Shown here piece after piece: positions 1 to 11,425 of a stretch of 32,000 nt of DNA (position 1 is the first letter of the stretch; every line of letters begins with the position of its first letter). The notes beneath the pieces were generated by a model that saw only the letters and a list, made by a program, of their open reading frames with translations, made no database searches and had not been told where the DNA came from. A program made the position numbers and the translations under genes. The DNA is from Methanocaldococcus jannaschii DSM 2661 (GTDB lineage Archaea > AGJL01 > Methanococci > Methanococcales > Methanocaldococcaceae), in NCBI RefSeq assembly GCF_000091665.1, contig NC_000909.1, positions 1,116,629 to 1,148,628 of the forward strand, given 5' to 3'.

Positions 1-817
1 CAGGCTTAGAGCAAGCCATTCCTTCAACAGCCACCATTCCAAAACCTTCACTTCTTGAAGGAACTACTAAAAAACTACACTTCCTCATAAATGAAGCTAC
101 TTCATCAAAACTTTTTCTTCCTAAGAGTTCAATATGGCTTAAATTATTTTTAACAACAAAGTTCTCTATTTTTTTGTATAACTTCCCATCCCCTATGAGT
201 TTAAAATTAAAATCTATATCTTTTATTGCATCTATTAAAATATCGACTCCTTTTTGTGGAACAAAAGCTCCAACAAACAATCCAAAGTTATAATCTCCCT
301 CATTGTATAGAATTTCTTTATTTACTCCGTTGTATATAACAATAGCCCTATTTTTTAAATTCTCATCTAATTGATTTTTTATATATTTACTTACACAGAT
401 GATTTTATCGGAATTAGTTGTGGCATATTTAAAAAAATATCTCCCCTTTATGGAGTTTTTTAATATTAAAGCATCACTTCCGTGAAGAGTTAATATATGT
501 GGAATAGATAGTTTATTTTTTAATAAAGCCCCAACACAACCCTGTGGAAACGCATAATGGGAATGAATTAAATCAATACCTTCACTCTCAATGATATTTT
601 TTCCTATTTTATAGGCATTTATAAGATAACTAATTCCCCTAAATTTTTTTAGGTGAGGGACGTTATGAATAATTACATTTTTATATTCGTTTTCTTCATA
701 ACTATCATAGGTTAATATATGAAACTCAATATCTTTTAAACGCTTTACCAAATTTTCTACATGTAAGGTGATTCCCCCAATATAAGGATAGTATATACTT
801 GGCATTAAAACTTTCAT
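1..817 (-). CDS. Glycosyltransferase family 4-like protein, truncated by the window edge
   Basis: Reverse strand reads MKVLMPSIYYPYIGGITLHVENLVKRLKDIEFHILT from ATG at 817, a typical GT4 N-terminus. The frame appears to continue to the window edge and is absent from the ORF track because it is incomplete. Confidence 0.75.
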   Translation of the reverse strand, partial: MKVLMPSIYYPYIGGITLHVENLVKRLKDIEFHILTYDSYEENEYKNVIIHNVPHLKKFRGISYLINAYKIGKNIIESEGIDLIHSHYAFPQGCVGALLKNKLSIPHILTLHGSDALILKNSIKGRYFFKYATTNSDKIICVSKYIKNQLDENLKNRAIVIYNGVNKEILYNEGDYNFGLFVGAFVPQKGVDILIDAIKDIDFNFKLIGDGKLYKKIENFVVKNNLSHIELLGRKSFDEVASFMRKCSFLVVPSRSEGFGMVAVEGMACSKP

Positions 818-834
818 AATTATCACGTGATACT

Positions 835-1839
835 ATGAGATTTGAGGAATTCAAATACGTTAGGAAAGGAGTTATTGTTGGATTGTTAATAATGTTGTTA
901 TATATAATTTGGCCGTTTATTGATGTCTTAGCTTATTCATGTGCCTTTGCATATATGGCTTTGCCAGTCTATAACATATTAAGAAAAAAATTTAATAAAA
1001 CCATATCAGCAGGTTTGGCAATTAGCATATATATCCTTCCAATTATGACAATTACAATTTACGCCCTACTAACGTTCATGGAAATCATACTATCTTTCAA
1101 TACTAAATCTATAGAGCCATATATTAATGAAATCCTCTCCATATATAATTCTTTTATGTTAGAAAGAATTATTAATAATGAACAAATAATTGCAAAGTAT
1201 ATTGACGAATTTATAAAATATTTGGTTAGTCAGTTTTCTGGAAAGATTATTGATGTTGGATATTTAATAGTTAAAGTAATTATGGTTTTGTTCTTAACAT
1301 TCTACTTTCTAAGAGATGGGGATAAAGCCAAAAACCTGATAATTTCATTTGTGCCTGATGAATATAAAGAAAAGATGAGAATTTATTTAAGTTATCTTCA
1401 TGACTCCTACAAAAATTTATTTATAAGCTGTGTTTCACTTTCTATAATTATAACTATCCTATCCTACATCGGATATCTTATACTTGGGGTTCCTTATGCA
1501 GAGTTATTTGCGATAATAACCGGAATATTTGCTTTATTACCAATATTGGGAGGATGGATGGTGTATATCTCAATAGCTATATATTTCTTTTTAATACATG
1601 ACTATACTAAGGCAGTTTTTATGTTTATTTATGGGGAACTCTTCCTTTCCATAGCTCCAGATTTTGTTATAAGACCTTATTTAGTTAAAAAAGAAGTAGA
1701 TATTCACCCAGTCCTTGTAGTTATTGCGTTTTTAATGGCGCCCCTTTCATTAGGACTCAGTGGATTTGCTATTGGTCCATTAGTCGTTGGGGCTTTAAAC
1801 GCCTTTTATTTGGCAAAATATAGGGATAAAAAAATCTAA
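835..1839 (+). CDS. AI-2E family transporter-like multi-pass membrane protein
   Basis: 334 aa with many hydrophobic segments; PYAELFAIITGIFALLPILGGWMVYISI and LAPLSLGLSGFAIGPLVVG are typical of the AI-2E/PerM family. Confidence 0.75.
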   Translation: MRFEEFKYVRKGVIVGLLIMLLYIIWPFIDVLAYSCAFAYMALPVYNILRKKFNKTISAGLAISIYILPIMTITIYALLTFMEIILSFNTKSIEPYINEILSIYNSFMLERIINNEQIIAKYIDEFIKYLVSQFSGKIIDVGYLIVKVIMVLFLTFYFLRDGDKAKNLIISFVPDEYKEKMRIYLSYLHDSYKNLFISCVSLSIIITILSYIGYLILGVPYAELFAIITGIFALLPILGGWMVYISIAIYFFLIHDYTKAVFMFIYGELFLSIAPDFVIRPYLVKKEVDIHPVLVVIAFLMAPLSLGLSGFAIGPLVVGALNAFYLAKYRDKKI

Positions 1840-1849
1840 GAGGATAATT

Positions 1850-1894
1850 ATGAAAAAAGTAAGAGTAGTAACTGCCGGAACATTCGACATCCAT
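1850..1894 (+). pseudogene. Fragment of the ribL 5' end (about 14 codons) interrupted by a hairpin-rich element
   Basis: atgaaaaaagtaagagtagtaactgccggaacattcgacatcc encodes [14 protein letters not shown]. The intact ribL at 2208 encodes [13 protein letters not shown]. Confidence 0.6.
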
Positions 1895-2041
1895 AGGGGG
1901 AAACCCCTATTGGGATGAACCTTTTAGTAAAAGCTTCACCAAAACCTAACATCTCCTCGCTTACGCTCGGAGGTGTAAATTAGTAAGATTTGGGGAGTAT
2001 CCCAATAGAGGGGCGAAGCCCCTCTATGGTGTGGATACCCC
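1891..2041. mobile_element. Possible MITE-like or structured repeat element with imperfect terminal inverted repeats
   Basis: Left end CCATAGGGGGAAACCCCTATTGGGAT (1891-1916). Right end ATCCCAATAGAGGGGCGAAGCCCCTCTATGG (1999-2029). Each end also folds on itself. The right end is further enclosed by TGGGGagTATCC / GGATACCCCA (1991-2041). Confidence 0.5.
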
Positions 2042-2050
2042 ATGTCCATT

Positions 2051-2171
2051 AGCTAATTATCAAAGTTAAATCATCTATTAAGGAATATTTAGAAGCCCAA
2101 AAGGCTTCTATAAGTGCCATATTAATTTAAAACTTTGATAATTGGTTATAAGTTGCCCTTTTCAAGGGCAA
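2051..2171. repeat. Nested inverted repeats in the ribL upstream region
   Basis: 13-bp perfect inverted repeat aattatcaaagtt (2055-2067) / aactttgataatt (2131-2143), enclosing hairpin tagaagcc-caaaa-ggcttcta (2090-2110). It is followed by ttgccctt-ttc-aagggcaa (2153-2171). Confidence 0.6.
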
Positions 2172-2207
2172 TTAATGTCCTATTAAAAAGAAATGGTGTG
2201 AATAGTT

Positions 2208-2657
2208 ATGAAAAAGAGGGTAGTTACCGCTGGAACGTTTGATATTCTTCACCCTGGACATTATGAGATATTAAAATTTGCTAAAAGTTTAGGAGATGAG
2301 CTAATAGTTATTGTTGCGAGGGATGAAACTGTAAAGAAATTAAAAGGTAGAAAACCTATAATTCCGGAAGAACAAAGGAGGGAGATGGTTGAAGCATTAA
2401 AGCCTGTTGATAAAGCAATATTGGGAAGTTTGAAAAATAAATTAGAGCCAATATTAGAGTTAAAACCAGATATTATTGTTCTTGGTCCTGACCAGACAAC
2501 TTTTGATGAGGAAACACTAAAAAAAGAACTTGCTAAATATAATTTATATCCAGAGATTGTTAGATTTAGAGGTTATAAAAAATGTCCATTTCACAGCTCT
2601 TTTGATATTGTAAAAGAGATAATTAGGAGATTCTGCAATAAAGAGATTAAAATCTAA
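2208..2657 (+). CDS. ribL: Archaeal FAD synthetase / glycerol-3-phosphate cytidylyltransferase-like nucleotidyltransferase
   Basis: [14 protein letters not shown] motif, 149 aa; matches the known Methanocaldococcus RibL. Confidence 0.9.
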   Translation: MKKRVVTAGTFDILHPGHYEILKFAKSLGDELIVIVARDETVKKLKGRKPIIPEEQRREMVEALKPVDKAILGSLKNKLEPILELKPDIIVLGPDQTTFDEETLKKELAKYNLYPEIVRFRGYKKCPFHSSFDIVKEIIRRFCNKEIKI

Positions 2658-2796
2658 TGCTTTTTTATTAAAATTTTTATAATTTATTTTCTTATCCTAT
2701 TATTATTTTCTTATAAGATAAATTATCTATAAAAAAATAAAAAATTTTATATATTGCATAGTCAAAATTTTCTTATGTTCATACTTATGTTCATAT

Positions 2797-2896
2797 AGTC
2801 AATCATCAAAATAAAAATTGTTCAACAAAGGGTATTTAAAACCCCTTTGGGGTTTTATTTGTTCCAATTTAATTAGTGAAGTTTTGATGATTGACT
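2797..2896 (+). promoter_or_regulatory. Structured upstream region of the substrate-binding protein gene
   Basis: Perfect 14-bp inverted repeat agtcaatcatcaaa (2797-2810) / tttgatgattgact (2883-2896), with an internal aaaggg...ccccttt hairpin. The start codon is at 2914. Confidence 0.5.
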
Positions 2897-2913
2897 AATT
2901 TTGAGGTGGTATT

Positions 2914-4049
2914 ATGAAAAAGATTTATATGTTGGTGGCTTTGCTAATCTCATCTTTGGTACTATTTGCTGGATGTGTTCAAAATGAAACTTCAGAAGTT
3001 CCAACTTTGACAGTTGCATATTTGCCAACAGACCATCATGCTTCCCTATTTGTAGCCTGTGACAATCCAGATTTATTTAAAGATAAATATGGAATATGCT
3101 TGAAAGCAGTTAAAGATAAAGAGGAATATGAGTTGTATAAAGGAAATAAAAAAATAGCTAATGTGAAAGTTGTTAAAGTTACTGAAGGTGGAGCAAGTAT
3201 AATGAACCTAATGACTCAGGGACAGGTTGATGTTGCTTTATTAGGATACCCACCAGTAATATTCTACATAGATAAGGGAACAAAGGCTAAGGTCATAATG
3301 AATTTGCATACCGAAGTTCTGCAGTTGTTGTTAGAAAGGATATTCCAGTAAATAACTGGAAAGAGTTTGTTAATTGGATAAAAGAACAACATAAAGAAGG
3401 AAAGCAGGTTAAAATAGGACATCCACTACCAACATCAATTCAATACGTTATGATAGAAGATGCTTTAAAAGCAGAAGGGATAACCTATACTGAAGACCCT
3501 AATAACAAGAGTGCTATGGTTTTGTTAGTAAATTGTAAGGGACAGGGGACAATGCCTCAAATGTTAGCTCAAAAGCAGTTGGATGCAGTTATTGCATGGG
3601 AGCCAATGCCTGAAATTATAAAAAATAAGGGTATTGGAAAAGTTATTGCCCACAGTGAAGATTTACCAAGCGCTACAGGAGGAACTTGGGCAAACCATCC
3701 ATGCTGTTGTTTAGCAGCGTCTGAAAATGCCTTAAAAAACAAAAGAGAAGCAGTTATAACATTTGCAAAACTCTTAAAGGATGCGACAGATGAAATTAAC
3801 AAAAACAGAGATTTAGCTGTTAAAGCATCTGTTAGATGGCTTGGAACAAACGAAAATGTTGAGAAAGATTCAATTGAGCATATAAAGTTTGATTATAGAT
3901 TAGAACCAGTAATACCTAAAGTCATAAAATTCGTTGAAGCAATGAAGCTCCAAGGATTAATAAATGGAAAGCTAAAAGATGCATCATCAGAAGAAGTCAA
4001 GGACATAATCTTTGACCTGCAAACTTACAATGAGATAATAAATAACTAA
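2914..4049 (+). pseudogene. NitT/TauT-type ABC transporter substrate-binding lipoprotein interrupted by one frameshift
   Basis: Lipobox LVLFAGC. Frame 1 runs to NLHTE, then the homologous reading continues in another frame as [51 protein letters not shown]. One missing nt near 3315 would restore LHTEGSAVVV. The two ORFs in the track are 2914..3351 and 3450..4049. Confidence 0.8.
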
Positions 4050-4455
4050 TCCTCTATTTTTTAATCTTTTTTACTATAGGACTTTAAGAATGAATTTATT
4101 GCTGATATAATGGATTTTAGAGTTATTCTTTTTAAACAGTCAAATATATAAACTGTGGAAGTCCTAAACTATTTATGAAAATTCTTAAAAAATTTTTAAT
4201 ATAAAAAACATTTTGAAACCCTCTATTTTCTCACCCTTATCTAGGATGCGCATATATAGATAAAAGAACTTAATAATATTATAATATCTTATAACTTCTG
4301 ACTTATAAATATTTTCATAGAAATTTATAAATATAACTATTTGTTATTTTGATATTTAATTCATATGTCAATTTTTGAAATGATTTATTTTTATTATAGT
4401 AAAATATATGAAATCTTAATTTTAAATCTGTTGTATTGGTTTAAGGGTGTGATTT

Positions 4456-5556
4456 ATGCAAGTATGTATTATTGGAGCGGGATTGTCAGGATCTATATTG
4501 TACAGATTACTTTCGGAAGACGGTTTTTACATAAATATTTATGACCATGTATTAGTTAGAGGCTGCAAAAGTATGAATTTTATATTTTCCAATAAAAATG
4601 AGATTTTAACAGTAAAAAAAGTTTTAAAAACGGTAAATATAAACATTAAAGATTATATAATTAGAGAGATAAAGGAAGTAAATATTGGTGGAGATAACTA
4701 CTATCCTAATAAAAAAATTTATGTCATAAATAAATCCAAACTAATTGAAGACTTGGTTCCAAGAACAGTAGTTACAAATAGAGAATTTAATCCAGTCATA
4801 AGGAGGTATACAACAAAAGTTATTGATACTGGAGTTATAGTGAGAGAATTTAATACTGAAGCTGAAACTAAATTTTATGATTTGGTCGTTGATGCTTCTG
4901 GATGTGCTAAAGTACTTCAATTAGGCAATGTGTATGATAAATATAAAAATGATATTAAAACCTGTCAATTTTTAATAGCCTATGAAAATGAAGAATCTCC
5001 AGAAAAATTTGATAAATTCTTTATTGATGAAATAAAGATACATAAAGGAAAACCTATGATTGGTTATACTTGGATAACTCCTATAGACGATGGACTATAT
5101 CATGTTGGATGTGCATACTATAAAAACGACCATGAGTTATGGACATACCTCACAAAATACACTAAAAAAATGTTTGGTAGTGATTACGTTAGAGTCTGTG
5201 GATGTACATCAAAAATAAATGGAAATTTAATTTCTGAGAGTTTTATTGGAGGAATATACGAGAAGAGGTGTGTTGCAGGCGTTGGAGAAAGTATAGGTTT
5301 AACAACACCTTTAGGACATGGGAATATATATGCAATTATTTCTGCGTATATCTTATCAAGATTTATAAAAAAATATGACCTGAATGAAGCAGTATTAAAA
5401 TACAAAGACTATATCCCAAAAAAATTTGCTGAATTAGATAAAGAAAAGAAAGCTGTGAGAAATTTTAATGTGTTAAGGATTACAAAACTACTAAGAGATT
5501 ACTATAACATTCCAGCTCATGAATCTATGAAAATTATCCTTAAATCTCTCTACTAA
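4456..5556 (+). CDS. FAD-dependent oxidoreductase, geranylgeranyl reductase-like family
   Basis: N-terminal dinucleotide-binding motif VCIIGAGLSGSILYRLL, later CGVGESIGLTTPLGHGNIYAIISAYIL. Confidence 0.7.
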   Translation: MQVCIIGAGLSGSILYRLLSEDGFYINIYDHVLVRGCKSMNFIFSNKNEILTVKKVLKTVNINIKDYIIREIKEVNIGGDNYYPNKKIYVINKSKLIEDLVPRTVVTNREFNPVIRRYTTKVIDTGVIVREFNTEAETKFYDLVVDASGCAKVLQLGNVYDKYKNDIKTCQFLIAYENEESPEKFDKFFIDEIKIHKGKPMIGYTWITPIDDGLYHVGCAYYKNDHELWTYLTKYTKKMFGSDYVRVCGCTSKINGNLISESFIGGIYEKRCVAGVGESIGLTTPLGHGNIYAIISAYILSRFIKKYDLNEAVLKYKDYIPKKFAELDKEKKAVRNFNVLRITKLLRDYYNIPAHESMKIILKSLY

Positions 5557-5568
5557 TTGGGTGATATC

Positions 5569-6042
5569 ATGACATTAAAACTATTAAAAGAAGAAAATGG
5601 GCTTTCTCCAATGCTAAGAGAGTTTAGAACTTTAGTAAGAGATAGTAATATAGAGAAGGTTGCATTTGTCGGTTCTGTTGGTGTCTGCCAACCCTTTGCT
5701 GAATTATTTGGTTATGCAATACGAGATAAAGAATGTTACTTTATCCCAGATGGAGATTTAAACAAAGTTAAAAAACTTGTTATTAAAGATATAGGCATGC
5801 AGATGGAAGATTTTGAAAACTTAAATAAAGTAGATGCAATTGTTTTATTTGGTGGTTTGGCAATGCCAAAGTATGGAGTAGAAGTAGATAAAATTAAGGA
5901 ACTAATAAATAAACTATCCCCTAAAAAAGTTATTGGAGTTTGCTTTATGAGTATTTTCCAAAAAGCAGGGTGGGATAAAGAAATTGACTTTGACTATCTA
6001 ATGGACGGTTTTATTAAAGTAAGCATATATTGTAAAGATTAA
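5569..6042 (+). CDS. Conserved archaeal protein, possibly DUF2124-like
   Basis: 157 aa ORF. The track starts at TTG 5557, but ATG 5569 follows a GGTGAT ribosome-binding site. FVGSVGVCQPFAELFGYAIRDKECYFIPDGD. Confidence 0.55.
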   Translation: MTLKLLKEENGLSPMLREFRTLVRDSNIEKVAFVGSVGVCQPFAELFGYAIRDKECYFIPDGDLNKVKKLVIKDIGMQMEDFENLNKVDAIVLFGGLAMPKYGVEVDKIKELINKLSPKKVIGVCFMSIFQKAGWDKEIDFDYLMDGFIKVSIYCKD

Positions 6043-6052
6043 AGATTAATAA

Positions 6053-6532
<480 letters not shown>

Positions 6533-8401
6533 TTAACTAATTCTCCAATCAATACCCAATAACTCAGAGTATTTATTTAAAACTCTTTTTACATACTCAT
6601 CTACATTTTCTTTATTTTCAAATTTTTTAGTCCATTCCTCATTACCAAACTCCTTAGCCATTGCAATAATCAAATCTTTAACCCTCTCACTCTCAATTTT
6701 TGCAGGATATCCAATTTTTTTGTTATATTCGCAAATCTCTCTATAAAGATTTATTGAATCCTCTACAATATCTTCTATACCTAAAAGTTCTTTAACCAGT
6801 TCTTTTAATACTGGTTTTAACCACTTTCTGTGGAATCTACAAATACCAAGGTTTTCTATTGGTAATTCTAATTTTATACTTTCTACAACCAACTCAGCTA
6901 ATTTTTCTGGCTCATTAAATTCTGGTTTGTAGTAAGTTAAATATCTTCCCTGAATAACAAATGGCATAAAAAATCCAGGAGTCCAATAGAGATTTGGGGC
7001 TATCTCTCCCCAATCCCCAAATGGAACATAAACTGCAAAGTCATTAAATTTTTTGCCAATCTTATTAACTCTACTTTTAAATCTCTCATTTAATATCTTA
7101 GCTGCCTTTCTCTTTCCCAATGATAAAATTTTATATAAATCATTTGAGTTCTCTGCTAAGTTATGCATAAACTTTATAGCTTGTTCGGCATTATGTTTTG
7201 ATATTTCTCTAATCTCTTCATCATCGTCATTAGTTATTTTTTTATAGTCAAATATTGGCTTTTTTATATTTAGCTCCTCCTCCTTCAACAAACCAACATC
7301 TAAAAGCTCAAAAACCCAAGCAGTTAGATTTCCAATCTCTATTGCATCAAACCCCAATGCATCAGCTGTTTTAACAACCCTATCCGCTTCATATAAATCA
7401 AATATTCCCAATAAAGTTCCATTTGATGCATACGGCTCATAATCCACTTTGTTTTTATTTCTATACTTTTTACATAAAACAGGACATGGTTCTCCACAAT
7501 TAGCCCATCTTTTTGGCTCAATAGTTTCTTTATTAAATATTTCAAGATAAAATTTAAGTATTTTTTCTAAAATCTTTTTTCTATCCTCTTTATCTATATA
7601 TGGCATTCTCCAATTAAATATTGGCACTTTCTCTTTATACAAAAGCCAATTGTTTCCAAACGTTCCTCCAGTTTTTGTTTCTTCATCATACCTATACTTT
7701 TTTGTATGCTCTAAAACAACCTTACTCATTGGTTTTTTGTAATAGCTTTCAATAATCTTTTTAGCTTTCTCTTTTTCCTCTTTATCTTCCTTTTCATCTC
7801 CAAAAAACACTATTCCCATTATGTTATGGGCTCTATAGAGAACAGAACCTCCTCCCCCCCTCGCTGCCCAATCCTCTGAACCCTCAACAAATTTACCATT
7901 TCTAACTGTTTGAGAAAATAAACCTCCCATATTTGTTCTCTTTGCCGCTTCACCAACAACAACACTCCTCAAATTTTTGTCTTTGTATAATTCAAGAATA
8001 TATTTGCTAACTTCATAAACGGTTTTAAGTTCCTCTTTAACCTCAATAAAATCTATTCTCAATTGTCCATCGTTTTCAATTACCAATATGGATGGATTTT
8101 CACATCTTCCAATAATTGCCACATTGTTTAATCCAGTGCTTTTGAATTGATATCCTGCCCCTCCCATCGATGAAAAATAAAAACCATCCCAGAGAGGAGA
8201 CCTAAAAGAAAATATCAACCTATGTCCTCCTATAACTGGTAAAACTCCACTACCAAAGCAAAAAACGTTTTTTTCATCATAGGCATCGTACTTCCATGTT
8301 TCAAATTTATTATGCCAATACAATCCCCAAGTTATTGGTAAAACAGTTTTCTCAATGATTTCAAATTTTTTTGTCGTTGCATTTATTAAAGCATTTTTCA
8401 T
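6533..8401 (-). CDS. Aldehyde:ferredoxin oxidoreductase family tungsten/molybdopterin enzyme
   Basis: 622 aa with FSFRSPLWDGFYFSSMGGAGYQFKSTGLNNVAIIG and CGEPCPVLCKK cluster ligands, and ADALGFDAIEIGNLTAWVFELL. Confidence 0.85.
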   Translation of the reverse strand: MKNALINATTKKFEIIEKTVLPITWGLYWHNKFETWKYDAYDEKNVFCFGSGVLPVIGGHRLIFSFRSPLWDGFYFSSMGGAGYQFKSTGLNNVAIIGRCENPSILVIENDGQLRIDFIEVKEELKTVYEVSKYILELYKDKNLRSVVVGEAAKRTNMGGLFSQTVRNGKFVEGSEDWAARGGGGSVLYRAHNIMGIVFFGDEKEDKEEKEKAKKIIESYYKKPMSKVVLEHTKKYRYDEETKTGGTFGNNWLLYKEKVPIFNWRMPYIDKEDRKKILEKILKFYLEIFNKETIEPKRWANCGEPCPVLCKKYRNKNKVDYEPYASNGTLLGIFDLYEADRVVKTADALGFDAIEIGNLTAWVFELLDVGLLKEEELNIKKPIFDYKKITNDDDEEIREISKHNAEQAIKFMHNLAENSNDLYKILSLGKRKAAKILNERFKSRVNKIGKKFNDFAVYVPFGDWGEIAPNLYWTPGFFMPFVIQGRYLTYYKPEFNEPEKLAELVVESIKLELPIENLGICRFHRKWLKPVLKELVKELLGIEDIVEDSINLYREICEYNKKIGYPAKIESERVKDLIIAMAKEFGNEEWTKKFENKENVDEYVKRVLNKYSELLGIDWRIS

Positions 8402-8562
8402 AATCCCCCAACCATTATTTTTTTGATTTTATTATGTTAATTTTTATTTTTGGATTTTTGATATTTTATAGATTTTGTTAATCACTATTGATGAATATAA
8501 TATTTAAATATGAAATCAATTATCTTTACTTTTTGAAAATCTATTAAAAAAGGTGAATATAG

Positions 8563-9603
<1,041 letters not shown>

Positions 9604-10416
9604 TTAAATAATACTCTCTAAAAATTCAATATCCTTTATTACCTCTTCTATTTTTTCCTCTTTTGTTACCGGATTTTTTTCTAATCTTCTATCATCAAGC
9701 TCTAAGTTAAACATTCCGTTATACCCATAATCTAAAAGAGCTTTTATGTAAGGAGAGAAGTCAATTTCTGATTTTCTTAATGGAAAGTGGTCTTTTCTAT
9801 TAACAACTCCAGATATGTGAGTGTGTTTAATATAATCAATAACGCTCTCCAAAAACTCTTCCATATACTCTTTAGCATGTGCAAAATCCAAAGTCATATA
9901 CAACAATTCATCATATCTTTTTAGAATCCATTCCATCTCCTCTGGACTCCAACCAATTCTGTTAATTCTTTCTGGCATATTTTCAACACATATTGTTATA
10001 TTTTTGTTAATAGCCACTTCTAATGTTCTATCCAAATATTTAAAAAATGCTTCATATTCTTCATCTGTTGGAGACCTGTTTGTTGGTCTTTTTCCTGGGT
10101 GTATGGTTATTAATTTACATCTATAAAATTTAGCCAGTTCAATGCTCCATAAAGTTTCTTTTATAACGGCCTCTCTAACGTAAGGGTTTAGGGATGATGG
10201 GTTTAGCTCAATATGGGGATTATGTAAAGCAACATCAAACTTTAAAAATTCTTTTCTTAAATCAGCGATATAATCTAAATCAAACCTATTATCCCAAAAA
10301 TCTGGATTCTCTGGAAAAAATTCCATACATTTAATTCCAATATCCCTAAATATGTCAAAAATCTCAACCATTGGATACTCCCAAAAAAATAACGTTGAGA
10401 CACCTATCTTCATCAT
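9604..10416 (-). CDS. Sugar phosphate isomerase/epimerase (TIM barrel, AP endonuclease 2-like)
   Basis: [40 protein letters not shown]...[10 protein letters not shown]...[11 protein letters not shown]...[11 protein letters not shown]...[14 protein letters not shown]. Confidence 0.82.
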
Positions 10417-10492
10417 GCCACCATTACATAATTTTTTAAATATTTTATTATCTTTTAAAAAGTATTTATTGATTTTAGTTGGTGATGAGTTT

Positions 10493-11398
10493 ATGGTAAA
10501 AATGAGAGATAAAATTTTAGGTTCTGTCTTTGGGGCAGTTATTGGAGATGCTTTAGGAATGCCAACTGAAAATCTAACAAAGGAAGAGATAAAAAAGCTG
10601 TATGGATTTGTAGATTCCTATGTTGAACCAAAAAACTACTTAGCTGGGAAGCTAAACAAAGGAGAATGGACAGATGATACAGAGCAAGCTATCTGTTTAA
10701 TAAAATCTCTAACCAAAGAAGGAATTGATATAAAAAAATTTGCCAATTGCTTAATAGCATGGAAAAACAAGAATCCACCAGATATTGGTTTAACCTCATT
10801 AATGGCTATTGATAAATTAGAAAATAATGACTACTCTGGAGTAGATAGCAGTAGCTGTGGAGCGGCAATGAGAATCTACCCATTAGGAATTGTATTTCAT
10901 AATAATCTAAAAAAACTAAAAGAGGAAGTTATAAAGGCATCAAAAATAACTCATAACAACAAAACAGCAATTGCCGGAGCTTTAGCTATAGCATTCTTTG
11001 TTAGTAGTGCATTAAAAGACAGAAAAGATTTTAGCTTGTTAGATGAATGCTACAACTACATAAAAGACATAGATGAGGAATTTGCTAAAAAACTATTAGA
11101 AATTAAAAACTTTAATAACTTAGATTATATCTATGATTATTTTGGAACTGGCGTAAAAACTGATGAAGTTGTCCCTTCAGCAATAGCAACCTACTTACTA
11201 ACTGATAATTTTAAAGAAGGCATGTTAAAATGTATAAATGCTGGAGGAGATACTGATAGCTTAGCATCTATGTATGGGGCTATGGCTGGAGCATACTACG
11301 GCTTTAAAAATATTCCAAAAGAGTGGATTGATGGTTTAAAAAATAAAGAAGTTATTTTTGAACTTGCTGAGAGATTGTATCACTTAGCTACTGAATAA
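10493..11398 (+). CDS. ADP-ribosylglycohydrolase (DraG/ARH family)
   Basis: [48 protein letters not shown]. The track start at 10352 is probably too early; GGTGA then ATG at 10493 fits better and avoids overlap with the minus-strand gene. Confidence 0.87.
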
Positions 11399-11425
11399 AT
11401 CTCCATTTATTTTATTTTTTAGTTT

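Noticed and set aside
3300-3340. Programmed ribosomal frameshift in the substrate-binding protein gene
   Set aside because: No recognisable slippery heptamer and no obvious need for two products; a simple one-nt deletion or sequencing error is more economical.
10352-10492. 47-aa N-terminal extension of the ADP-ribosylglycohydrolase ORF overlapping the divergent epimerase gene
   Set aside because: It precedes a good GGTGA ribosome-binding site and ATG at 10493, shows no family similarity, and overlaps the opposite coding gene.
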